Below are positions 27,281 through 40,143 of a DNA stretch of 64,000 nt, in pieces (positions within the stretch are counted from its first letter, which is position 1; every line of letters starts with the position of its first letter). Below the pieces are notes generated by a model. The model was not told the DNA's origin. It made no database searches and worked only from the letters and a program-made list of their open reading frames with translations. Source of the stretch: Tubulanus polymorphus (Eukaryota; Animalia; Nemertea); assembly GCF_964204645.1 (NCBI RefSeq), contig NC_134027.1, positions 14,788,485 to 14,852,484 of the forward strand, in the 5' to 3' direction. Position numbers and translations under genes: made by a program.

Positions 27281-29925
27281 ATGGGAGAGAGTGAACAACA
27301 CACAAAACAAATTGATGTTAATGAAAATCAATATTATTGCACATATTGTAAAAAATACGTCGATAAATCTAATAAAACACGACATGAAAAAACTGCAAAT
27401 CATATAAAAATGTTATAGATTTTGAAACACCAGAAAATTCCTATGAAAGAAAAGAACAATTAGAAAATATGAATGTGGATGAAATAAAATGTGAAGTTTG
27501 TAATGAATTTATAGTAAAAGGAATTATAAAAGACATATCAAATCACAAAAACACCATCAAAATTTGAGTAATAATGTTTTAGGAATAGATTATTTCGATG
27601 ATAAACCTCAACAAGTAAAAAAATAAACTTCAAAAACTAAATCCATTTCAAATAAACCTTACATGGAAAATGTTAGAAATTATATCGATTCACTAGAAAT
27701 AAAAGATACAATTGAAATTTTCAGAAACATTACATAGTGAAATTGGTCCCGCGGCTATTATATTTAGATTTTTTAAAGGTACAAAATAATAGAAAAAATA
27801 CTAGATTTGATAACAGATGTTGAATATCCAAAAATTAGTATCTCTGGAAAAGTAAGTTTTATAAAGTCAGAAGATGAAATGAATTATAATATTCAAACAC
27901 TCTCTGAAGAAATAATTTCAAAAACACAAATAAAAGAGAAGTTAGAAAAAATATTTAATGAATTTAAACGTCATATTGAAGAGAGATATTTTGAGGGTTC
28001 TGGTTTAACATTGAATGAAATTTTTATAGATTTAAATGTTTATATACAAAAATGAATAAAACATCAAAAAGTAAAACAATGTTAAAAGATTCAAACTTTA
28101 CAACAGAAAAGGATATTAAAGCATCAAGTTATATCAAATTACCATTTACAACAAAAGCAGTAATAAATGTTCAAAATGAAGATAATAAATGTTTTCTATG
28201 GTCAATTATTAGTTGCTTACACCCAACAGAAGATATAACGCATAGTTTTAGAATAACAGATTACCGGAAATATGAAACATTATATAAAATTGATCAATAT
28301 CCAGTAACTATAAAAATGATTCCTAAAATAGAAAAAGTTAATAATTTAAAAATAAATGTATTCGAATTAATGCAATTACCAAAGACAAAAGGTGAAAATA
28401 TTAGAGATTAAACATTAGAAGCTTTATATTTAACAGAATATTATGATGATGAAAATGCTATAGATTTGTTATATTACAAAAAAAGATGAAAATGAACATT
28501 ATATGTGGTTAAAACAAATTGATTTATTCTTTAGAACAGAAAGTGATCATCATCGTAAAATTTATCTATGTAGAAAATGTTTATCTAAATTTATGAATAC
28601 ATTATTAAAACATAAAGAATTATGTGATAATAACGATTTTTGTAAATTAATAATGCCAACAAAAAAAGATTGTAAGTTGAAATTTACTAATCATAAATTT
28701 AAAAATATTGTTCCATTCGTAATTTATGGGGATTTTGAATCGTTGAATAAAGAATTAACTGATCAAGATAGAAAAGAAATATATAACAAAAAGCAATTTT
28801 TAAAATCAATGGATAAAGGAAATGAATTAAATGAAGACATAAATCAAGACCCACCAATCATAAACACAATTTAAAAAGTTCATCAAATAGCTGCTGCTTA
28901 TGGAATTTACATGAAATCAAATTATCCCGAATTATATGAAAGTCAATATATTTCTTTTAGTGGTGAAAATGTAGTTAATGATTTTTGTAATAAAATGATT
29001 GAATTAGAAAGTGATTTTGCAGAATTATTAAACAAAAATAAAAGAAAAGTTATGACAAAAGAAGTTGAAATTGATTTTAATTATGCAACTCATTGTTGTT
29101 ATTGTGAAAAACGTTTTTATTCATTGTTAGAGATCATGATCATTTAAATTCAAAATACCGCGGAGCTGCTCATGAAGATTGTAATTTACAAGCTAAGAAA
29201 GTTAATTTCGTACCAATATTATTTCATAATTTATCAGGCTATGATACCCATCTATTTATAAAACATCTATTTATAAAACAATTATCGGGAAAATTTGGCG
29301 CAATTAATCAAGAAATAGAAGAGTATAATGCTATGAATGGCGCAAATGTAAGCAAATATGATTTTAAACTATTAGCTAAAACATCAGAAAATTATATTTC
29401 ATTTCAATTTGGTTGCATTAGATTTTTAGATTCTTATAGATTTTTAGCAAGTTCATTAGATAATTTAGCAAAAAGTTTAGTTGATAATGATTTTATAATC
29501 ACTCGACATTATTACCCAAATGAACAAGATTTTAAATTATTGAGATATAAAGCAGCAATTCCTTATTCATTTTATAAAACACGATGATTTTAATGTAACA
29601 GAATTATTAAAAGAACAATTTTATGATCAATTAAAAGAGGAGTATGTGAAAGACGAAGTTTTTAATAGAATATTGAATATATGGAATCATTTTAAGATAA
29701 AAAATCATGGTGAATTAGTAGATTTATATTTGAAATCAGATGTTATGGTATTGGCTGACATATTTGAAAAATTTAGAGAAGTTAATTTGAATCATTTTAA
29801 TGTTGATCCTTGTTATTGCTACTCTAGTCCTGGTTTAACCTGGCAATGTGGTTTAAAATATACAAATGTGGAATTAGATTTATTAAAAGAACTAAACAAG
29901 GTTTTATTATTTGAAAAATTATTTA
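27281..29925 (+). pseudogene. polB: Polinton protein-primed DNA polymerase B, 5' two-thirds (copy B), frameshifted and truncated
   Basis: C2H2 fingers, NEDNKCFLWSI, VIYGDFES, CCYC..RDHDH..YRGAAH..CNL, FHNLSGYD, RFLDSYRF, YLKSDV; highly similar to 37660-41472; preceded by TIR segment 27015-27260. Confidence 0.9.
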
Positions 29926-30446
29926 AAACCAGGATTATATAATTTAGATACATTAGCCCAAGAAATTAATAAAAAAGCTCGAGCTAAATTAGGAAGTGAT
30001 TCCGGATTTAACATTAGATTTTCAAAAAGTGATAGTTCTAATGAAATAAAGATTAGGTTAGCCCATGTTGAACAATTTAAATTTACAGTAAGAAAACCTT
30101 TAGCTAAACTGTTAGGAATTAACCCAGATATTGTTACAGTAAACGCATAAGGTAGATCAAACTTAATACCTTAGACACATTTCTATATTTATTGTAATTT
30201 AATTGATTCTACAAAAACATTTGAAGCAACTAAAGAAACAATTTGTAATTCTGGTGTATTAAATATTTTACCATTAAAAAATGTTAGACAATTTGGAACA
30301 CAAATTAATTATTATTTTTCAGAATGCGGATTTAAACCTTGTATTCCACATTTTAATAATTTTAAATTAGAAATAAGAAATCATAATGGTTACTTAATTG
30401 ATTTAAATAATTTTCCCGTAGTTTATGAATTAGTTATAAGATGTAG
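29925..30446 (+). pseudogene. Probable Polinton minor capsid (penton-like) protein, 3' part
   Basis: KPGLYNL..L...IN; frameshifted YIYCNLIDS, LNILP, LEIRNHNGYLIDLNNFPVVYELVIR pattern; position among Polinton genes. Confidence 0.5.
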
Positions 30447-30469
30447 AGAGTAATTTTTTGACTATATAA

Positions 30470-31560
30470 ATGAATATAACTGTTGGACCGAGTATATGTT
30501 TTGGATTTGATTTTAAACGTGAGAAAGAAATGAAATTTAACATTAATGATGTAATAACTCATATTAAAAATATTGTATTTACTAATGAAACAACATTTGA
30601 TTACGAAACAACAATAGATAAAGAATTGTAGAAAAGATTACTGATTTAATTAAAGAATCTTTAAGATTTTATGAATTAGATGAAGATTTTATCATTAATG
30701 ATATTAAAAAAATAATAACTGAAATATATGAAAATGAAACTAATAATATTATAAATGTTGAAATAATTATAACTAAATATTTTGAAGATAAGTGATTTTT
30801 TTTCTAAATAAATGGCGGATCAGAAGTGGATAATAACTGGTTCATATAATGGAGCATTATCATCAGTGGGAACTGTTGGTTATACAATGGTATTTAAAAA
30901 AATATTTAAAATGGGAAGTATTAATGTTGATAAATTTGACATCAATGATATTTTGAAATTAACATTAGCAGTAACTTTATCTAATTTAACAATTGATTAT
31001 TTGGAAAAACAAAAATAAATTCCTCCTATATAAATGCGTAATTTTTTTACTAGATAAATGGCATCTGCAATTATATAACTATTCTAGGATCAGCAATTGT
31101 TAATGCTTTAGCATTTACTGGTGGTGGCTATTTATTTAAGCATATTGATAAAAATAGTTCATTAGCAGAACAAAGAAGACATAACTTAGCATTAGAGAAA
31201 TACAATAAAGCTGTAGAAGAATACAGAGAAAAGAGACAAAATTACATGGATAACATTAATAAAGAATTATATAATCAGAAAATTACACGTAGAGATTTTA
31301 AATCAGTCGATGACGCTATGAGTTTATATAACGCAGTAACAAATAAAGAAAAATTACATCTATATAAACCTAAATTATCAGATTATTATACACCAAGTAG
31401 TGAACAACAAAAATATGAAATAATTTGGATTTTAGGTGGAACAGTTATTGTATTATTTGTTGCTCATAAATTTACTAATTAGTAGTTTCTTTTCTAAATA
31501 AATGGATGATAAAGTTGATAATATTGATATTATTCCTCATGATATCAATAAAACTAAATT
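30470..31560 (+). pseudogene. Cluster of small Polinton accessory ORFs (starts 30470, 30812, 31058, 31502)
   Basis: AT-rich, tightly packed ORFs each starting at TAAATG; the 31058 ORF has hydrophobic GSAIVNALAFTGGGYLF plus coiled-coil EQRRHNLALEKY. Confidence 0.6.
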
Positions 31561-31904
31561 AAAAATATAGCTGCAAAGCAGCGATAACGGGTTTTCTGCA
31601 CAGTCTTAGAATCCTGTTCAACGGTGGATTTCGACACAGCATTTGATAAGGCACAACATCAGCCATTACTAAACAGGCTATTAGGAAACAGTATCAATGA
31701 TAGGTCGCTCAAATGGCTAAGCAGTTATCTCTGAACGAAAACTTGTAGCCGAAATCAACGGAACGCCTCCTCTTGGAATAAGTCGGTCTAACTAGTGGAG
31801 TCACGCAGGGTAGTATCCTAAGTTGTCTTCTGTTTAATGTCCTGACAAATGACATACACAGTAATCCAAAATATACCAGACCGAGTAAATTTCCAAAACG
31901 ACCT

Positions 31905-32378
31905 TAATTCAGTTTTCGGTTTGTTATTGATCAATATGTTACTAAGTTTGTTATTGTATTTAAAGATAAGTTGTTTATTTAGTGACCGAAGAGAAACTTT
32001 AGAATTCTCGAGGAAAGGTACATACGGTACAATGATAGGCTGTTTATCGGTAGCCAAGTTAGGAGTTCTAAGGTTGTTATTTCTAAAATGCGTAGTACGA
32101 GCTTTAAGGAGAGCTTTTTTCAATATGAAATTGGGGTAGACAAGTTTTTTGAGAGGTAGGTTAATATGTTGAATTTCATCGGGTAGGAATGAGGGGTCGA
32201 AAATTCTCAAAGCGCAAAGAAATAATCCTTGAGCTAAACCGAGTTTAATATCTGGAGAAGTAAAAGAGAAGTAATGGAGGTAGGATTCAGCGTTGGTAGG
32301 TTTCCTATAAACCGCGAATTTCCTTTCTGGATGTTTTGATTTTTAACTGTGGATCCTTTTTGAAATTCGCGGTTTATA
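31905..32378 (-). mobile_element. Penelope fragment with short internal inversion, next to a short LINE RT remnant (~31600-31900)
   Basis: Near-identical to ~24660-25125; adjacent DFDTAFDK..H..LL..L and GVTQGSILS-like remnants. Confidence 0.8.
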
Positions 32379-32388
32379 TATATATAAA

Positions 32389-33148
32389 TTGATTATTACA
32401 ACAAGTAATTCAAATCTACATAGTAAAACAATAAAACATAAAGAAAACGTAAGAAAATACCAAGAACTTAATGAAGATCTATTGCCAAGATATGATCGAA
32501 AAAAATGCCCACAATGTATTTATGTGTACTTAAGACAAGAAGATACTGTGATATTTTGTAATGAATGTGGATGGCAAAGAAATTTATGGGGTGATGAAAA
32601 AACTAGAGATATTTTTATGAAACCAAAGTTAAAATATCTAGATGAAATTTATAAGATATTTTCTATGGAAGATCATACACCAGAATATAAGCAATGGCTT
32701 GAAAAATGAAAATGATAGAAAATAAAAATGGTGAAAGATATATTAAAAACGATTATTCCATCTACTTGTAACACAAAAGAAAAGAAAATCTATTTATATT
32801 TATTATTTAACGATTATTATAAAAAACCTAAATTAACAAAAGAAGATATGGAAAATATAAAATAAACATTCATAAACATATTAAAATATTATGTGGATAA
32901 TATAATAACAGATTCAATAAATTATGAATTCTGTTTAAATAAGATTGTAAATTTTTTAAACATCGATATTATAATTCGATTTGATGAATTAACGAACAAA
33001 AAGAAACAAAGAGAGCTAGATGTAATGTGGAATAATATAGAACTTTATTTAAATGAGAAAAAATGAAATGGAAGAACCTAAACAATTAAATGAAAATGAA
33101 GAAGCCAATAGTGATTTCGAGTATGATGATATTGATTTTCTTTTTTAA
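32389..33148 (+). CDS. Small Polinton accessory ORFs, first with a CxxC...CxxC zinc ribbon
   Basis: CPQC...CNEC in ORF 32389-32709; AT-rich, convergent with the pPolB stop. Confidence 0.45.
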
Positions 33149-33221
33149 TGGCCATAAGGTAATGTTTTTATTCCATCACCCAAAATATATCTATTATCAT
33201 CGAACGGATTTAAACTAGTTT

Positions 33222-35381
33222 TTAGCATTGGTTGACGTCTATGACGTCATGCCAATGCTAATAAAATGGATCGAAAATAGTAGTACGAAAAATAGCGCCG
33301 ACTCTTCTCATTTTCATAGCAACTTCAAATTGTCACTCCGTTCACGTAAAACATTAGAAACAGCTGGAAATGACTAAAAAAATGTTTCAATTATTCCCCA
33401 CAACATAGCGTCGCCAGATTTCTGATTTAATGGTCCAAAAAATTATTCGATCGCATTTTTCTCGTTCATTATCTGGTAGATGAGAGCGGGTTAAACAATG
33501 GCGTAGCGATATGTCCACGTTGACATTGGCAGTAAAGAATGGGGAACAGCCTCTGCTGAATAGAAAAACATAAAATTATATACCTCTGGTTTATAAATAT
33601 CACAGTGTTTGGATATTACTGTTATTCCAACTATCAGTATCCATGGGATTATTTTGGATTCATTCTCAGCGTCAGAATACGTATTTCTAGAACAGTGGAA
33701 CGGCAGCCTACTCGTGACTGAAACCCGTATGGGATCGTGCGGGAACGCCTTTACTAAAGTTAAAACCATTTCATGATGACACGAAACATCAAACGGTAAA
33801 CGGTAGGCTACCACCATGATACGATATCACCAATAAAGACAGATCATTTTATTCAATTTTACCAGAGTTGTTTATTGGAGGAAAATATCATTGTTAAGTA
33901 CACCGAGAACAACCATGTTGTATCATCAATCAGTTGACTGACATTGTAAAATTCGATTCGGCTATATTCTAATATAAGTTTTCACTTTAGGACACCTAGT
34001 TAGTTACCTAATCGTTGGTAGTAAGCTTTTTATAATCGGATGGATAAAATGTGAATAAGTGTTGATTTCTTAGTTTTTTTCAATTTCGTCGTTTTGCTTT
34101 GTTAGTTTGTGCTGTTGTCCTGGCCTCAGTCCACAGGTGCCAGCACCTCCAGTAATTTTCAAAATGGCAGCTGTTGACTCGACGGAAATTTACTCTCACT
34201 TTACGGCCGATTTGCACATGGATTAAGTTCGTCAGGTGAGGTGTTATAGGTATCAGACAAACTACGAATCTGTTGTGCGTGTGTTGATTACAACAAAAAT
34301 TAGACGGATATCTTAAGAGACAATGCCAGGCAAATTACTCGTCAGTCAAATTGGCTGACGAAGATTTCATTGAAAAATGACCTTCCCATTCCTGACTGTG
34401 GTTTGTGAAAATATCCGATCGTGAAACTAAACCACAGACAGCTTACTGACTATAGGACACCCTACCCGCCTGCTGCGCACTCATAAGGCGGTAGCACCCT
34501 CTTACACACTCGGCAGAGATTCGCTTTGTAATGCGCGCCGGGAAAAAATACCTTTTATTATCTTTTCCATGCGTTAAACAACAGTGATTGAATTTACGCG
34601 TTGTTTGTCGTAAATTGCAATATTGCGATGGTTATTTGCCGTTGCTGTAGTTTTTTGGAATTGAATCGAGCGGCCTCGGTAGCTCAGTGAGATAAGGCGT
34701 GATGCTGTTGAATCCACTATCAATGCTGAGTTACAAGTGGGTTCGAGTCCTGCTGGCTGCGAACAGTGTGCAGGCAACACACCAAAGGCCGTACCGTCGT
34801 GAGAAATGAACAATCCAATAGGAATAGTCTTGGGAAACCAAGATCCAAACGACGTAGGTAAAGCCAAACAAACAAAAAGACAAACAAACAATCATCAGCC
34901 GGCCTCAGTGACACCAATGCCGGCATCGCTCTCTGCGACGTTTTGCATGCGTACATGCATCAGAGCTTGGAGCTCTAAGATCAGAGGGTCTTGCAATTGC
35001 ATTCAGAAAAATCGTTCTTTTTTTGTTTTCATCATTCAGTGGGGCCTAACAGTTCATGCGTAAAAATGGGGTTTTGTATCCAAATCTTGATTGATATAAA
35101 TATCTTGGCTGGGACATGACGGAAAACATCAAAATAAACTAGTTTCGTCTTTTTAACAGAATTGCATTAAAGATGTTTAACAGTACAAATAACCTAGGCT
35201 AAATCGTTCGGCAGAAAATAAATTCATTTTCAGGAATAAAATCGTACTCGACGAATATACCTTTAAGTCTGTGGTCCTCCCAATCGACATCGTCATAGAA
35301 GATTTGCCGGCAGATGTAAAACATTATAACCACTTAATACCACAGTATCTATCAATGCTTCAAGGCCCATGGGCCTCTTGT
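33222..35381 (+). mobile_element. Helentron-type non-autonomous element (HINE) in pPolB C-terminus
   Basis: 5' palindrome TTAGCATTGG...CCAATGCTAA; 3' subTIR CAATGCT + hairpin AGGCCCATGGGCCT; inserted in a T-run without TSD; removal restores EVE-K-TSLNP. Confidence 0.8.
34671..34760 (+). mobile_element. tRNA-derived SINE head inside the Helentron-type element
   Basis: GGCCTCGGTAGCTCAGTG (A box)...GGGTTCGAGTCC (B box); spacing too long for a canonical tRNA. Confidence 0.6.
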
Positions 35382-35750
35382 TTCAACTTCATTAATGTAC
35401 ATCTCGTGATCTTCTGATCTTAAACAATTCATTTTATGTTTCATTACAATTGAGTTATATCAACACTTTATATAATCTTGAAATTCTATGTGTTTATCAA
35501 CCACATGTTTTGTTATTCCTTATAACTTTTTAGCTTCATGATCTTTTGTTCTATAACTATACATTTTACTTCTTATCCCACCAAATTCATCGCCCCCTAA
35601 TTCATCTTTAAATTTACCAGGAATTTTTTTATTATCATTGCTAAATAGTTCATGATCTTTTAGATAATTGCTAAAGTCAAAATGATGTTTTAATGTTTTA
35701 AAGTCTTTTGTTATGTCATTTGTCTTGATTTTTAGTATGTAACTGTCAGT

Positions 35751-36784
35751 ATTCTTTAGGATTAATGGAAATCCACAATTAAATGTACCATCTTCAGTTG
35801 TTAAATCATAAACATATTCTGTAGGATTGGAGTTCATTTTCTACATGCGTTAATTGAAATACATTTGGTTTATCCTTTCTAATATTAACTAACATATTAA
35901 ATCCTAATGAATTGCATAATATTTTTAATCCTAAAATAGCAACTTTTCCTTTTTGTGTCAAAGATATAGTTTTCTGTTTTGTATAGTTGTTTGAACCATC
36001 TGCAGCAAAGAATCCAATGAAGAACCATTTTCTTAAATTATCTTTTGCATTTAATACATAATCTGGTACTATCTTTTCTTCAGTTGAAGCATTGCTTTTA
36101 ACTATTGCATGAATATAGAATTCATCATTATATTTAATTGCAAAATCTTTAGGATTATTTACATGTATTCTATAAACTGCTGATGATTTCAAAACATCTA
36201 TGATTTTAAATGTTTTATTCGGGTAAACTTCTTTACAGTATTTCTTTATTCTTTCTAATAATTTCAAATCTTGATTGCATAAACACCAACAATATTGAGT
36301 TTGATTAACATACTTATACACACCTGCTGAACCATCACCCATGAAAAATCCTTTAATATAATATTCCTTTTCTTCTAATGTTTCAGGTTCTCTATTATGA
36401 ATATTATACATTATTTCATCAAATGACATATGATTCATCTTTTGGAAAAATATTTTATGTAATAATTCATCTCCAATTTTTATATCAGTTGGTTTTATTT
36501 CATCACCAATTTGTTTAATTAAACTATGATCTTCAGTAACATCAACGAATCCTAATTTAGTTCTAACTCTATAGATTTTCTTATTTGTTTTATGCCTAAT
36601 GATATTCTTTAATTTTTTTCCATCCATTTCTTGTCCAAACATCCATTAATCCATTTATTTGTATTAGGTCTTTTTCACCATATGAAATATAAAGTTCATT
36701 TTGTTTTGGAATTATTTCTGAAATTCTTCTAATTAATATTTGGTTATTGTATTTTAATAATATTGGGGTATCAGCTGTTACAGA
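35751..36784 (-). mobile_element. Intein with LAGLIDADG homing endonuclease in pPolB motif C
   Basis: Block A SVTADTPILL after YFD; block B VDVTEDHSL; blocks C/E IKGFFMGDGS and FIGFFAADGS; block F YVYDLTTEDGTF; block G LILKN then +1 Thr (TDS); two frameshifts (~36615, ~35835). Confidence 0.93.
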
Positions 36785-39700
36785 ATCAAAATATAATATT
36801 TCAATATGTTTTTCCCCAAAGAGTGGTTGTAAAACATTATAATAAAAATCATACATTAATAATTTTGATATTTCTAAAACAGTTGAACCAATGAATATAG
36901 GTTTATTAAATTTCATTGACGTTCTTTTTAATTTTACTGCTGTTAAATAATCTTGAAATCTTTCATTTCCTTAATGTCTAGGACTTGATTGTAAATGTCT
37001 CAATCGTTCAGAATTATTTACTAATTCAATATCATTTCTATTTCTAATATTTTCACATGTTTTTCCATTAAAACTATTATTCATTAATTTGAAGAAATCT
37101 TTTTCAAAATCTGTTATTGAAATGGTCCTCTGTTGAGTATTAAAATCTATATATTTTTCTAACCACTTCGATTGATTAGATTCAATATATCTATGTACTT
37201 TCTTTAATTTCATTCCTTGTTTTAGATAAAATTTTAACAATCTATAATGAACAATATAATTGTATCTATTATTTTGAGTAAGTATTAATTTTGCTGTAAA
37301 AACATGATCTTTCGGTTTTATTTTCTTCTGGTATTCACTTAAATAACTATCATCTACGGCTTAATGTTCTGGGCAATATGGTTAGTTTCTTGTTATCTTT
37401 TTGTTATCAGGATATTCTAAATCAACTACAAACAAATAACCAATTGGTGCTTCATCTTCTAAACTCATAATTGCGCTTTCCCAATTAGTTTTATCATCAT
37501 TTTCAACTTCTGTTAATATAAAACTTTTGTATGGTTGAGGTTGCATCATTGCCCAACCATATACATTATTTGCGTCAATATATAATAATTTATATTCATC
37601 ATTTGCTTTAAAATACCTATCTCCCATAACACCACTAATTCCACCTCTAATTGATTTTTCAAATAATAAAACCATGTCTGGTTCTTTTAATAAATCTAAT
37701 TCTACATTTGTATATTTTAAACCACATTGCCAGGTTAAACCAGGACTTGAATAACAATAACAGGGATCAACATTAAAATGATTCAAATTAACTTCTCTAA
37801 ATTTTTCAAATATATCAGCCAATATCATAACATCTGATTTTAAATCTACAAATTCACCATGATTTTTTATCTTAAAATGATTCCAAAAATCTAATGATCT
37901 ATTAAACACTTCATCTTTCACATACTCCTCTTTTAATTGATCATAAAATTGTTCTTTTAATAATTCGGTTACATAAAAATCATCATGTGTTTTATAAAAT
38001 GAATAAGGAATTGCATCTTTAAATCTCAATAACTTAAAATCTTTTTCATTTGGATAATAATGTCGAGTTATTATAAAATCATTATCAACTAAACTTTTTG
38101 CTATATTATCTAATGAACTTGCTAAAAATCTATAAGAATCTAAAAATCTAATGCAACCGAATTGAAATGAAATATAATTTTCCGATGTCTTAGCTAATAG
38201 TTTAAAATTATATTTTCTTACATTTGCACCATTTATAGCATTATATTCTTCTATTTCTTGATTAATTGCGCCCAATTTTCCTGATAATTGTTTTATAAAT
38301 AGATGGGTATCATAGCCTGATAAATTATGAAATAATATTGGTACGAAATTAACTTTCTTAGCTTGTAAATCGCAATCTTCATGAGCAGCTCCGCGATATT
38401 TTGAATTTAAATGATCGTGATCTCTAACTTTTTTTATTAAATGAATAAAAACGTTTTTTTACGGTAACAACAATGAGTTGCATAATTAAAATCAATTTCA
38501 TCTTCTTTTGTAACAACTGTTCTTTTATTTTCGTTTAATAATTTTGCAAAATCATTTTCTATTTCAATTATCTTATTACAAAATTCTTTTACTACATATT
38601 CACCTCTAAAAGAAATATATTGACTTTCATATAATTCAGGATAATTTGATTTTATATAAATTCCATAAGCAGCAGCTCTTTGATGAACATTTTTAATTGT
38701 ATTTATAATTGGTGGGTCTTGAATTATGTCTTCATTTAATTCATTTCCTTTGTCCATTGATTTTAGAAATTTCTTTTTGTTATATATTTCTTTTCTATCT
38801 TGATCAGTTAATTCTTTGTGCAACGATTCAAAATCCCCATAAATTACAAATGGTACTATATTTTTAAATTTATGATTAATAAATTTCAACTTACAATCTT
38901 TTTTTGTTGGCATTATTAATTTGCAAAAATCTTTATTATCACATAATTCTTTATGTTTTAGTATTTTCAGTTCTAAATTTAGATAAACATTTTCTACATA
39001 AATATATTTTATGACTGTTAAAATCACTTTCTGTTCTAAAGAATAATTCTATTTGTTTTAACCACATATAATGTTCATTTTCATCTTCTTTAAAGTATAA
39101 TAATCCTAAAACATTTTCATCATCATAATATTCTGTTAAATATAAAGCTTAAATATAAAGCTTCTAATGTACAATGTTTAATATTTTCACCTTTCGTCTC
39201 TGGTAATTGCATCAATTCGAATACATTCATTTTTAAATTATTAACTTTTTCTACGTTAGGAATCATTTTTATAGTTACTGGATATTGATCAATTTTATAT
39301 AATGTTTCATATTTCCGGTAATTTGTTATTCTACAAACATTTTCCTGAGTTGGGTGTAAACAACTAATAATTGACCATAGAAAACATTTATTATCTTCAT
39401 TTTGAACATTTATTACTGCTTCTGTTGTAAATAGTAATTTAATGTAAGATGATGATGCTTTAATATCCTTTTCTGTTGTAAAGTTTGAATCATCATTGCT
39501 TTACTTTTTGATGCTTTATTCCTTTTTGTATTATAAACATTTAAATCTAAAAATATAATTTCATTCAATGTTAAACCAGACCCCTCAAAATATCTTCAAT
39601 CTGTCTTTTGAATTCATTAAATATTTTTTCAAATTTCTCTTTTATTTGTGTTTTTGAAATTATTTCTTCTTTGTTTGAATATCATAATCCATTTTTACTT

Positions 39701-40143
39701 CTGATTTCTGATTTTCTTCTGAAAACTTACTTTTCCAGAAATATTAATTTTTGGATATTCAACATCTGTTACAAAATCTAGTATTTTACCATGATTTCAA
39801 TAAATTTACTATAATCTTCTATTGTTGCTCCTTTAAAAAATCTAAATATAATAGCTGCAGGCCCAATTTTACTACGTAATGTTTCTAAAATTTCAATTGT
39901 ATCTTTTATTTCTAGTAAATCGATATAATTTCTAACATTTTCCATATAAGGTTTATTTGAAATAGATTTAGTTTTTGAAACTGGTTTTTTTACTTGTTGA
40001 GGTTTATCATCAAAATAATCTGTTCCTAAAACATTATTACTTAAATTTTGTTTGTGTTTTTGCGAATCGAGATGTCTTTTATAATTCCTTTTTGCTATAA
40101 ATTCATTACAAACTTCACATTTTATTTCATCCACATTCATATT

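Noticed and set aside
34671-34760. Possible tRNA gene (also 10480-10550)
   Set aside because: Only A and B boxes are evident, no convincing cloverleaf, and each runs into a repeat body; these are SINE heads.
35751-36784. Group I intron or prokaryotic contamination as explanation for the LAGLIDADG ORF
   Set aside because: Insert boundaries are protein-splicing motifs in frame with both exteins. Base composition matches the Polinton, and the same gene is interrupted by host-type Helentron elements, one with another copy elsewhere in the window.
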